The notes beneath the pieces are model-generated. The model was not told the origin of the DNA and ran no database searches. It saw only the letters and a list, made by a program, of their open reading frames with translations. From an uncultured Erysipelotrichaceae bacterium (GTDB lineage: Bacteria; Bacillota_I; Bacilli_A; RF39; UBA660), in NCBI GenBank assembly GCA_902795215.1, contig CADBKG010000008.1, positions 8,749 to 72,748 of the forward strand: 64,000 nucleotides of DNA, written 5' to 3'. Below are positions 27,529-36,446 of this stretch, in pieces. Both the position numbers and the translations under genes were made by a program. Position 1 is the stretch's first letter. Each line of letters opens with the position of its first letter.

Positions 27529-28332
27529 ATGGAAAACAAAACACAAAATTATATAGCATATTTTGATGAAACAGGTGATGATGGAAATAATACAAATTCT
27601 TCTGACACTTTTTTATTAACAAGTATGTATATGCCCATGAATAGTTGGCAAAAAAATTATGAAATAATGACGGATTTAAAAAAGAATTTAAAAGATAAAT
27701 ATGGTTTTTATATAAAAGAAGAAATGCATACTAAACATTTTTTATGTGATAAAGACCCATATAGAAAATATAACTGGACTAAAGAACAAAAGCAAAAAAT
27801 ATTAGTAGAATTTACTTTAGCTATTAGCAAACTAGATGCTAAACTTATAAATGTTATGATAGATAAAAGAAAAATTAAAAAACCTAATTATAAAGTATTA
27901 GAAAATGCACTAACATATAATATTCAAAGAATAGAAAATGATAGTAATGGTAAATGGAACTATATAATTATTACTGATAAGGGTAGAATATCTCCTATGA
28001 GAAAAACTGCAAGGTCTATAAGAGCATACAATCCTATTCATTCTAAGTTTTCAACGGAAGTAACTAATCAACCAATTAAAAATTTAATAGAAGATATTCT
28101 TGAAAAAGATTCTAAAGAATCACATTTTATACAAGTTTGTGATTTTGTTTCTTATTTTACTCATTTATATCAAAAATGTTGTGTTGAAAAACAACCCTTT
28201 CCAAATAGAGTAGCAAACTGTATTGATGATAATTTTATAAGTAGAGTGCTTCAAACTTTAAAAAGTAAAGATAAATTAAATTTAAATGCAAATAAAAAGG
28301 ATACCTTTGGAATAGTTAAGTATCCTAGATAA
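27529..28332 (+). CDS. DUF3800 domain protein
   Basis: AAGGAGG RBS. The N-terminal YIAYFDETGDDG (DE(S/T)G motif) and C-terminal HFIQVCDFVSYF (Q-x-x-D motif) are characteristic of DUF3800. Confidence 0.75.
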   Translation: MENKTQNYIAYFDETGDDGNNTNSSDTFLLTSMYMPMNSWQKNYEIMTDLKKNLKDKYGFYIKEEMHTKHFLCDKDPYRKYNWTKEQKQKILVEFTLAISKLDAKLINVMIDKRKIKKPNYKVLENALTYNIQRIENDSNGKWNYIIITDKGRISPMRKTARSIRAYNPIHSKFSTEVTNQPIKNLIEDILEKDSKESHFIQVCDFVSYFTHLYQKCCVEKQPFPNRVANCIDDNFISRVLQTLKSKDKLNLNANKKDTFGIVKYPR

Positions 28333-28485
28333 AAAAAGGCACTACCCTACGTGCATTCGCACATCGAGTAGTTCAATATAATTATATGATAAAAATTATG
28401 TATTGTCAAATGTATTTTCAATGCTCATTATTTATTGTAATTTTAATAAAAATACTCTATAATCTAATATAGAGTAGGTGAGTGT

Positions 28486-30069
28486 ATGAATAATGAAGCA
28501 ACGGATAAATTAAGTGCTAAAATAAATGAAGAATTTGCGAAAATAAGCGCAGAAGCTGGGCTTGATTTAACAAAAGAAATGGAAGAAATATTAAAAAGTG
28601 GCACTGAAAATATTATACCTGCTATAAAGGCTTTATTTATAAAAAAATATTTTGAATCAATTATGACTGATGAAGTCCCTGAAGAAATAAGTTTTATATG
28701 GCAAGAAAAAGTTAAAAATAATAATATGGAAACACTATCTTATAAAGAACTTGCAGACTTAATGGATTCTACTAAAAAGGATGCAATACTATATAGATAT
28801 ATAAAAGATAATGTAACTTTAATACTTAAAATGTTTAATATTACAGATAGTGATAAACTAGTAGATGAATTAACAGCAAAAACACTTAATACCAATGGAA
28901 CTCTTGAATCTTTAAAAGAAGTTGTAAATAACGAAATAAATGTTTATATAAGTAATACTTTAAATCAAAAAACGGATGAAGTTTTAACATTTTTAACAAG
29001 CTTAAATACAACAAAAGGTTCTGAAATTAATAATCAATATAAAAATGAAGGATTAAGCTTAGGTACTATTTATGATTATATAAGTAGTATGAATGTATCA
29101 GAAGAAGAAAAGAGAAAAATATTCAATGAAAAAATGGATAAAGTAATTAAACCATATATTATTAATTCGATAGGAGAAGAATTTGCAAGAAATCAAATTA
29201 CTACTAAATATAAAGATGTACTTGGACATGTTGAAACAAGTGATGGATTAAGCTTTTTAAATTATGATACTGTCACTAAAATGAAAGGCGCTAATGACAA
29301 ATCAAACGAAGTAATAATTCCAGAAAGCGAAACAAGATTTTTTGCAACTATAGATGCAAAAGCAAACCTATATGAGAATAATAGATTTAATCCTCAAATG
29401 TTTAATTTTGATGGAATGAATGAATTTTATGAATATACAAGGAAAAATGACCCTGATTTTAAATTTGAGACAATACTTTGGCATCAGTTTATTCCTGAAA
29501 ATCTAATAAAAGAAGCTAATAGCTTAGAAACAAAACAAGCACAAATTTTAATATATAATTTTATAGATTTTTATATTCGTAAATTAAATGAATATTTTAG
29601 TAAAAACAATATTCCTTTAGATCTAAAAATGACAGATGTACTTAAAAGTTTAGACGCTTCTTTGGAATCAAATCTATATGAAAGTCAGCAAGTTCAATTT
29701 AATGATTGGAAAAAATTATGTTCTGGAATAACAGATAATTTAGAAGAAATAATTGACAATGGAGAAAAAGCTAAAGAATCTAGTGAATTTGAAAAATTTG
29801 AAAATACACCAGAGGAAGGCGAAGTAACCATGGAAGAAGAAAAAGAATCTAGTGAAGTATTTGAATTTACAGAGGAAGATAAAGATAAAGTTTCACAAAT
29901 AGATTTAAGCGTAAGTCAAAAAACAAAAGTACCTGTTAAAAAATTAAAACCTAAAAATGGAATTATTAATGATAGAGCAGCTTCTGCTTCAACAGTTTTA
30001 ATATATGTTTTAGTAGTAGTTCTTATTTCTGTTCTTACATTTATAATAAGCTATAATCTAATAAAATAA
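28486..30069 (+). CDS. hypothetical tail-anchored protein (acidic, C-terminal TM)
   Basis: 527-aa ORF with RBS gtaggtgag. The only hydrophobic segment is the extreme C-terminus (ASTVLIYVLVVVLISVLTFIISY). Confidence 0.6.
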   Translation: MNNEATDKLSAKINEEFAKISAEAGLDLTKEMEEILKSGTENIIPAIKALFIKKYFESIMTDEVPEEISFIWQEKVKNNNMETLSYKELADLMDSTKKDAILYRYIKDNVTLILKMFNITDSDKLVDELTAKTLNTNGTLESLKEVVNNEINVYISNTLNQKTDEVLTFLTSLNTTKGSEINNQYKNEGLSLGTIYDYISSMNVSEEEKRKIFNEKMDKVIKPYIINSIGEEFARNQITTKYKDVLGHVETSDGLSFLNYDTVTKMKGANDKSNEVIIPESETRFFATIDAKANLYENNRFNPQMFNFDGMNEFYEYTRKNDPDFKFETILWHQFIPENLIKEANSLETKQAQILIYNFIDFYIRKLNEYFSKNNIPLDLKMTDVLKSLDASLESNLYESQQVQFNDWKKLCSGITDNLEEIIDNGEKAKESSEFEKFENTPEEGEVTMEEEKESSEVFEFTEEDKDKVSQIDLSVSQKTKVPVKKLKPKNGIINDRAASASTVLIYVLVVVLISVLTFIISYNLIK

Positions 30070-30139
30070 AGTAACTAATATTAGTTGCTTTTTTTTAATA
30101 AATTGTATATTATAATTATAGAAAGTGTAGGAGGATTAT

Positions 30140-30448
30140 ATGAAAATAGTTAGTATTGAAAATATAGGACAAGAATATGAGGTACTTGGACTTGTTAAAG
30201 GAGAAATAGTTCAATCAAAACATTTTGGTAGAGATTTTATGGCAGGTATGAAAACTCTTGTTGGTGGTGAAATAAAAGGATATACAGAAATGATTAGAGA
30301 AGCAAGACAAATTGCAACAAGAAGAATGGTAGATGAAGCTGAAAAAATGGGCGCAGATGCAATAATAGGTGTTAAATTTGGTTCATCAACTGTTATGCAA
30401 GGTGCCGCTGAAGTAATCGCTTATGGGACTGCTGTAAAATTAAAATAA
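30140..30448 (+). CDS. YbjQ/UPF0145 family protein
   Basis: ~100 aa. GRDFMAGMKTLVGGEIKGYTEM...ADAIIGVKF...AYGTAVK matches the YbjQ family pattern. The RBS is AGGAGGA. Confidence 0.85.
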   Translation: MKIVSIENIGQEYEVLGLVKGEIVQSKHFGRDFMAGMKTLVGGEIKGYTEMIREARQIATRRMVDEAEKMGADAIIGVKFGSSTVMQGAAEVIAYGTAVKLK

Positions 30449-30465
30449 AATAAGAAGGAAGTAAT

Positions 30466-30843
30466 ATGGAAAATGTAAAATTTTATAAATGTCCAATATG
30501 CGGAAACATAGTTGGACTAATAGATGGTGATGGTAAAAGATTATCTTGCTGTGGAAAACCTATGGAAGAACTAACAGCAAATACTGTTGATGCCGCCACT
30601 GAAAAACATGTACCAGTATACGAAGTAAATGGCGATGAAATGATTGTTAGGGTAGGAGAAGTTTCTCATCCTATGGAAGAAAATCACTATATAATGTGGA
30701 TAGCACTAGTAGAAGAAACTAAAACAACTAGAGTATCTTTAAAACCAGGGGATGTTCCAGAAGTTAAATTTCCTTATGTAAAAGGCGCAAGCATATACGC
30801 GTATTGTAATTTACATGGATTATGGAAAAGCGAGGTTAAATAA
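30466..30843 (+). CDS. dfx: desulfoferrodoxin (2Fe superoxide reductase)
   Basis: N-terminal desulforedoxin-type CPICGN...CCG. The centre II ligands are EKHVPV, HPMEENHYI and CNLHGLW. Confidence 0.9.
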   Translation: MENVKFYKCPICGNIVGLIDGDGKRLSCCGKPMEELTANTVDAATEKHVPVYEVNGDEMIVRVGEVSHPMEENHYIMWIALVEETKTTRVSLKPGDVPEVKFPYVKGASIYAYCNLHGLWKSEVK

Positions 30844-31502
30844 TGGAACAAAAATTCAAAAGCAGTATTACACTTAATTTAATAAAATTAATAATATGGA
30901 TAATTGTTTCTTGTTTGCTTTGGGTAATTATTTTTTCAATAGTAAGCCCTGAAGAAGCTGAAAAGATGGTTGAACCATTCCCACATGCTGTATTTGTTTG
31001 TGGTGTTGCAACAGCCCTCCTTGTTATGTTTATAATAAATTATAATGCTGCGAATAAAGAAAGACAAAATATTAAAGCTGAATTTAGTAATATAAAAGTA
31101 TTAAATAAAAGAAGCACAATATTACTTGAAAAAGCTAATAAAGTTGCAGATAAATATATGACACATGAAAGAACTACTCAAGTAGGTGTTGCAAAAGAAA
31201 GAAAAAGTCCAAAAGTTCCATTTACCAAAAAAATTAGAAGTGCATCTCAATTTGAAAATGCAATTGAAAGTTATCCTGATTTAAAAGCAAATGAAAGCAT
31301 TATGGAATTACTTAGACAAATAAGAGAAAGTGAAAATGCTATTTCTAATGCAAAGATAGCATATAATGATTATGTTGCAAAATATAATACAATGATTCAT
31401 AATTTCCCATTTTCTCTTATTAGAAAACTATTAAAATTTGAAGATGAAACATTCTATCAGGAAGAAGAAGATATTATTTCTGATGAAGAACTTGGAATTT
31501 AA
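30843..31502 (+). CDS. LemA family membrane protein
   Basis: TAATG overlap with dfx. It has N-terminal TM helices and the LemA-type C-terminal segment AKIAYNDYVAKYNTMIHNFPFSLI. Confidence 0.75.
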   Translation: MEQKFKSSITLNLIKLIIWIIVSCLLWVIIFSIVSPEEAEKMVEPFPHAVFVCGVATALLVMFIINYNAANKERQNIKAEFSNIKVLNKRSTILLEKANKVADKYMTHERTTQVGVAKERKSPKVPFTKKIRSASQFENAIESYPDLKANESIMELLRQIRESENAISNAKIAYNDYVAKYNTMIHNFPFSLIRKLLKFEDETFYQEEEDIISDEELGI

Positions 31503-31504
31503 AA

Positions 31505-32355
31505 ATGGAATATAAGGATATAGTCAGTTTTTTTGAAAACGATTTAAAAATAAAATTATTAATGCTTGATATGGGGAAGCATCATTTAATTATGGTGAAA
31601 GGTTTTATAACAAATTAATTGAAATAGAAGACATATTAAAAGATATTTCTAAAAAAATAGATTTAGATTTTGATATTGAGTCTTTTTTTGGAAAAATAAA
31701 AGATGCTTTTTCAGTTTGTAATTATGATATATATAAAATAAGAGATTTATATTCTAAAAGTATATCTAGTATGAGTGAAAAATTAATTAAAAAAGTAAAA
31801 GATGAATTCATTGGATATATGCTTCATAGAGATGTAGAGGGTGTTTTAGAACAAATCAATACAGTTAATGAATTATTACATGTATATCATAATTATATAG
31901 TTAATATAGAATCCTTTTATATTGGTTTACCTAATATAAAACAGGATGGTAAGATTCTATATAAAGGTGAAGAAATGCCTATCGCTGATGATATTTACGA
32001 GGCATTTATAGATGATCCAATGGTTAATCACGCTATGATTATATCTATGCCAAAAATAAATAAAGCAATAGCCATGATAAGAGGTAGAGGGCACTCAACA
32101 ACCCTAGAAGCAACTGTTGCTGATGGCATTGTAAGAGTTAATTATTTCGTACCGAAAAACGAAAATACAGAAATGGTTAATAATCTTCCTGGGGTTAGAG
32201 CATTAACGGATGATAATACATTTAATAACGGCACTAATGGTTATTTTGAAGTAAATGAAGATGAATTCAGGGAATACATGACTGATTTTGTCCAAATGAT
32301 ACCTTCCGGGGAAGATAATGTATATAATAGAAGAATATATAATAAAAATGCATAA
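31505..32355 (+). pseudogene. hypothetical protein split by a 1-nt frameshift (or assembly error)
   Basis: ATG 31505 opens a 37-codon ORF that stops at 31616-31618. The frame of the 31771-32355 ORF is already open from 31570 with no start codon until 31771. One extra base in a short run (for example G4 at 31573-31576) would fuse them into a ~283-aa protein. Confidence 0.55.
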
Positions 32356-32446
32356 TTAATATGCATTTTTTTGTTTACACTTTTTTAATAAAAAAAGCTT
32401 TATAACAACTTTTTTATGTTATAATTAAAATACTAGGAGTGGTAAT

Positions 32447-33283
32447 ATGGAAAAAGATCATAAAAAAATGTTAATAGGAATAATCGTATTTTTAATTTTA
32501 GCAGTAATAGCTCTTGCAGGGTATATTGTACTTGATAAGAAAATGAAACCAAAACAATTAGAACTTAATAGTGAGAGCATAGAAAGCAAAGAAGAATTAT
32601 CGGATAAAGATATAAATGATTTGTTAGATAGCTTAATAACAAATGATGGAAGAGCTAGTATTTATTTTGGTAAAAAAATTAGCAGTGAAGAATCATCAAA
32701 AGAATTGATATCATTTAATATCTATAGTTATATAATTGAAAATAATATAGACCTTCCAACAGGAAATGAACCTGTTAAAATTAGTAAAGAGCTAATTAAC
32801 AAGTTTATTAATGAAAAATACAATACAACTATAAAATATGATTTATCATCACCAGATTCAAGTGCAGTTATAGATGAGGTGGGGTGTGTAAGTTTATATA
32901 ATTACGACACTAATAATTGGGCTGTTAGCCAAATTCAAACAGGGTGTTCTGACATGAGTAAAAATCATATATTAGTTAAATATGAAGAGGATGGGGATAT
33001 TTTATACATTTATTCTAAATATGTAAGCTGTTTTGCAGAAAGCGGAACAACTTGTCAGTCTGATTTATCTTCTAATACAAATTTATTTACTTGTTCAGTT
33101 ATGGAAGAAGCAAGTGAAAATTGCCCAAGTGAATTAAATGGTTCTAATTACAAAAAAGAAATTGCTGAATATAGTAAATATGCTTTAAATAATATGAACG
33201 ATAAACTAACAACATATAAACATACATTTAAAAAAGTTGATGGTAAATACTACTGGCAATCCTCAGAATTACAAACAAATTAA
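32447..33283 (+). CDS. hypothetical N-terminally anchored exported protein (Cys-containing)
   Basis: RBS taggagtgg. It has the signal-anchor LIGIIVFLILAVIALAGYIVL and no recognised domain. Confidence 0.6.
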   Translation: MEKDHKKMLIGIIVFLILAVIALAGYIVLDKKMKPKQLELNSESIESKEELSDKDINDLLDSLITNDGRASIYFGKKISSEESSKELISFNIYSYIIENNIDLPTGNEPVKISKELINKFINEKYNTTIKYDLSSPDSSAVIDEVGCVSLYNYDTNNWAVSQIQTGCSDMSKNHILVKYEEDGDILYIYSKYVSCFAESGTTCQSDLSSNTNLFTCSVMEEASENCPSELNGSNYKKEIAEYSKYALNNMNDKLTTYKHTFKKVDGKYYWQSSELQTN

Positions 33284-33310
33284 TATCTACGTAATGTAGA
33301 TATTTTTTTT
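33283..33310 (+). terminator. intrinsic terminator
   Basis: ATATCTAC-gtaat-GTAGATAT plus T8. Confidence 0.8.
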
Positions 33311-33398
33311 ATGCAGAAAGTTACTTTTAGTATGCAATAAAATATTTTTGGTACGTCAAAAAGTTAAATATTCAAATAATAAGCACTTTTAAAAAAAA

Positions 33399-33440
33399 TT
33401 AAGAAAAATGAAATCTATCTTGAATAATAATAGAAGGGGT
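33399..33440 (+). promoter_or_regulatory. promoter-like element, copy A of a duplicated ~40-nt sequence
   Basis: TTAAGAAAAATGAAATCTATCTTG (24 nt) is identical to 37216-37239. Both copies continue with an ATAATAA..TAGA.GG tail. Confidence 0.5.
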
Positions 33441-33487
33441 TGGAAGAAAAGACTCAAAAATTTAAAATTAGAAAGGAGGTGAAAATA

Positions 33488-34138
33488 GTGACCAAAAAAG
33501 AAAAGGTAAAAAAGAAAGTAATCCAACTTAATTTAAATAATTATGAAAAAAGAGATAAAGAGATAGAAGAGATAGTTCCTAAAGATAGTGTAAACAAAAA
33601 GTATTTGCAAAACTTTGTAATTTATGAATATTTTTTACCAGCGATAAAAGAATTATGCTATGATGAAGCTGACGAGAGAACAAAGAAAATAATTAGTTGG
33701 AGTGTGATACTGTTGGAAAAAGACATTAATAAAATAGAAAGCGAGGTAATGAAAGTGTTAACAAAGGAAGATGTGCCAGGATTTATAGAAAAGATGAGAA
33801 AGTTATGCGAAGAAGAAAAAGCAGAAGAATTTTGGGAGAATTATCATGCTAATGTAGATAATATAAATCACATTATAAAAACAGAAAGACAGCTTGGGAA
33901 AAAGGAAGGAATAGTAGTTGGAGAGAAAAAAGGAATCAAGAAAGGAATAAAAGAAGGCGAAGAAATAAAAACATATGAAATAGTAAGAAATATGCTAAAT
34001 GGTAAATTGCCTATAGAAAAGATTATGCTATATTCAGGACTAACAGAAAAACAGATATTAAATATCAAAAATAATCTAATAAACGAGGAATTAGTAACTA
34101 GTGTTGAAAAAGAAAAAAATGTAATTATTCCATTATAA
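33488..34138 (+). CDS. Rpn/YhgA-like (PD-(D/E)XK transposase-like) family C-terminal fragment protein
   Basis: AGGAGGTG at 33475-33482 favours GTG 33488. The C-terminal GKKEGIVVGEKKGIKKGIKEGEEIKTYEIVRNMLNGKLPIEKIMLYSGLTEKQILNI is the characteristic tail of that family. I could not recognise the N-terminal nuclease domain. Confidence 0.5.
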   Translation: MTKKEKVKKKVIQLNLNNYEKRDKEIEEIVPKDSVNKKYLQNFVIYEYFLPAIKELCYDEADERTKKIISWSVILLEKDINKIESEVMKVLTKEDVPGFIEKMRKLCEEEKAEEFWENYHANVDNINHIIKTERQLGKKEGIVVGEKKGIKKGIKEGEEIKTYEIVRNMLNGKLPIEKIMLYSGLTEKQILNIKNNLINEELVTSVEKEKNVIIPL

Positions 34139-34217
34139 TTAGTTTACACCTTAATTTACGATTTTATTGAAGAGCGTTTTTTTGCGTGTTATAATTTAAT
34201 TATCATAGGAGTAGTAC

Positions 34218-35477
34218 ATGAGAAAAAGAAGAAAGAGATTTAAACTTAAAAAGAAAGTAAAGAGATTTTTGTGGTTTCTTCTTCTTTTGTGTGTAGGTAT
34301 TATAATATTTAATTCTTGTGACAAAAATAAAGACAAAGAACTAACGGATGATGAAAAAATAAATGTGCTTCTAGAAAAGAAAACTTATTTAAATAAAATA
34401 GATAATGAAAGTAATAAAGATATAAAAGAAGAATGGAAAAATGCTATTACAAATTATTTAGATTTATACTTTAAATCCATGATTAATCTTGAAACAAGAG
34501 ATGTTACAAAGGTATTTGATGATCCTAAAGGAGAAGAAGCATATCTTGCCAAGAATGCTGTTGATTTACTAGTTAAGCATCATAAAATGCAGTTTAATGA
34601 TATGAGATTAATAAAAGCAAACTACGATTTGTTATTTAGTGATGTTGAAGAAACTGCTGATGGAGTAAAAATAGAAGTAAAGGTTAATGAAAATGTAACT
34701 TTTAAATATATTCCTGATGTTAAATCTAAAGCTATAGATGTTGAAAACACATTTGTTATAAACAATGAAGGTAAAATAAAATCACTTAGAGTAGTACAAG
34801 GATATTATGTGATGTTTACTAATGAAATGGATGTAATATCTAAAAGTGAAATTGATAATCTAAAAAAAGAGTATATCAGTTTAATGAAAGAGGAATTAGA
34901 AGATTTAAAACTAGATAAAGAAGATGCTTTTAATGAAAAGTATGAAACTGATATAACTTGTGATGGAAAATATGATAGAAAAAAAGCAGTTGCGTATAAT
35001 TATAAATACTTAGAAAAACGTAATCCTGAGTATACAGCATATGATGAGATAGGGGGAAATTGTCAAAACTTAGTATCTCAAAGTTTACATGCTGGAGGAT
35101 TACCTATGGACAACGAGGGGTATCATCAATGGAAATATTATGGGCCTGATTTAGATACAACGGATACCAAAAACGGAAGAAGTGCACCTTGGACAGGGAC
35201 AGCGAACTTCTATGATTATGTGGTTGGTAACACGGGCGCTGGAATATGCGCAGACTCTAATATAAATATATTTTACGCAGAACCTGGTGATGTTGGACAC
35301 GTTGGATATAACGGATATACCCATGCAGTTCTCGTTGTTAAAAAAGTAAAGGATAAAAACGGGAAAGTAACGGATCTCTTAGTAAACTCTAATACTACAT
35401 CTCTAAAAGATTATCCGTTCTTAGCGTATCCATATCAAAATAAAAGAATTATTAAAATACTTGGATATAATAATTAA
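34218..35477 (+). CDS. membrane-anchored putative amidase-domain protein (Amidase_6-like)
   Basis: Basic N-terminus plus a TM helix. The C-terminal GGNCQNLVSQSLHAGGLPM...WTGTANFYDYV...GDVGHVGYNGYTHAVLV fits the putative amidase domain family. Confidence 0.7.
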   Translation: MRKRRKRFKLKKKVKRFLWFLLLLCVGIIIFNSCDKNKDKELTDDEKINVLLEKKTYLNKIDNESNKDIKEEWKNAITNYLDLYFKSMINLETRDVTKVFDDPKGEEAYLAKNAVDLLVKHHKMQFNDMRLIKANYDLLFSDVEETADGVKIEVKVNENVTFKYIPDVKSKAIDVENTFVINNEGKIKSLRVVQGYYVMFTNEMDVISKSEIDNLKKEYISLMKEELEDLKLDKEDAFNEKYETDITCDGKYDRKKAVAYNYKYLEKRNPEYTAYDEIGGNCQNLVSQSLHAGGLPMDNEGYHQWKYYGPDLDTTDTKNGRSAPWTGTANFYDYVVGNTGAGICADSNINIFYAEPGDVGHVGYNGYTHAVLVVKKVKDKNGKVTDLLVNSNTTSLKDYPFLAYPYQNKRIIKILGYNN

Positions 35478-35517
35478 ACAAAAGCAATTTATTTGTTATA
35501 ATACTTATGGAGGAATT

Positions 35518-36396
35518 ATGATTTTAAACGTAAGTGGAAGAACAGATATAATTGCTTTTTATATGGATTGGTTTAAAAACAGACTTGAGAGTGGGTTTGT
35601 AGATGTTAGAAATCCATTTAATAAAAGCTTAGTAAGTAGAATATATCTTGAAAATGTAGATGCTTATATGTTTTGTACAAAGAATCCTAGTAGGTTTTTA
35701 GAAATAATAGATTTGATTAAAAAACCCTTTATTTTGCATGTTACACTTACTCCTTATAAAAAAGATATTGAACCAAATGTTATAGATAAAAAAGTTCTTA
35801 TTGAAGAAATAAAAAAGATTTCTAGTGTAATTGGTAGTGATAATCTATATATAAGATATGATCCAATATTTTTGAGTGAAAAATATGATGTTAATTATCA
35901 TTTAAAAGCATTTGATAAATTATGTAATTTACTTGATGGATATGTTCATAACTACATTATTTCTTTTATAGATGATTATAAAAACGTAAGAAAAAATATG
36001 AACATTTTAAAATATAGAGATTTTACAGAAGAGGATTACAAACAAATAGGAATTGGATTTAGTGAAAGTGCTAGAAAACACGATGCCAGTGTTCAAACGT
36101 GCTTTGAAGAAAGAAACTTAGTCGAATATGGTTTTAAAAAAGGTGAATGTTTATCTATAGAAATGGCATATAAATTAACAGGGAAAGTATATAAAAAGTG
36201 GAAGGCTAGAAACTGTGCATGCGCTGAAATGGTGGATATAGGAGTATATAATACATGCACACATTTTTGTAAATATTGTTATGCAAATTTTGATGAAAAA
36301 AACATTAAGGAAAACATAAAAAAGCATAATAAAAATAGCTCTTTACTTATTGGTGAACTAAATGACGATGATATAATTAAAGAAAGATATAAATAA
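35518..36396 (+). CDS. DUF1848 domain protein
   Basis: The start is ATG 35518 after GGAGG. MILNVSGRTDIIAFYMDWFKNRLESGFVDVRNPFN matches the DUF1848 N-terminus. A C-terminal Cys cluster is present (CACAEMVDIGVYNTCTHFCKYCYA). Confidence 0.75.
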   Translation: MILNVSGRTDIIAFYMDWFKNRLESGFVDVRNPFNKSLVSRIYLENVDAYMFCTKNPSRFLEIIDLIKKPFILHVTLTPYKKDIEPNVIDKKVLIEEIKKISSVIGSDNLYIRYDPIFLSEKYDVNYHLKAFDKLCNLLDGYVHNYIISFIDDYKNVRKNMNILKYRDFTEEDYKQIGIGFSESARKHDASVQTCFEERNLVEYGFKKGECLSIEMAYKLTGKVYKKWKARNCACAEMVDIGVYNTCTHFCKYCYANFDEKNIKENIKKHNKNSSLLIGELNDDDIIKERYK

Positions 36397-36446
36397 CTTG
36401 ATTTTTGTTATTCTTTATTTTAATATATTAAAGGAAGTATGAGGTT

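Noticed and set aside
27308-27622. 104-aa minus-strand ORF overlapping tRNA-Met, its terminator and the DUF3800 start
   Set aside because: It overlaps a confidently folded tRNA and a terminator. It has no RBS and a low-complexity hydrophobic composition.
28340-28380. GC-rich hairpin after DUF3800 as a tRNA fragment, attR site or small RNA gene
   Set aside because: Only an 8-nt exact match (AGTTCAAT) to the tRNA-Met T-arm. This is too weak to call an att site, so it is kept only as a low-confidence remark within the DUF3800 finding.
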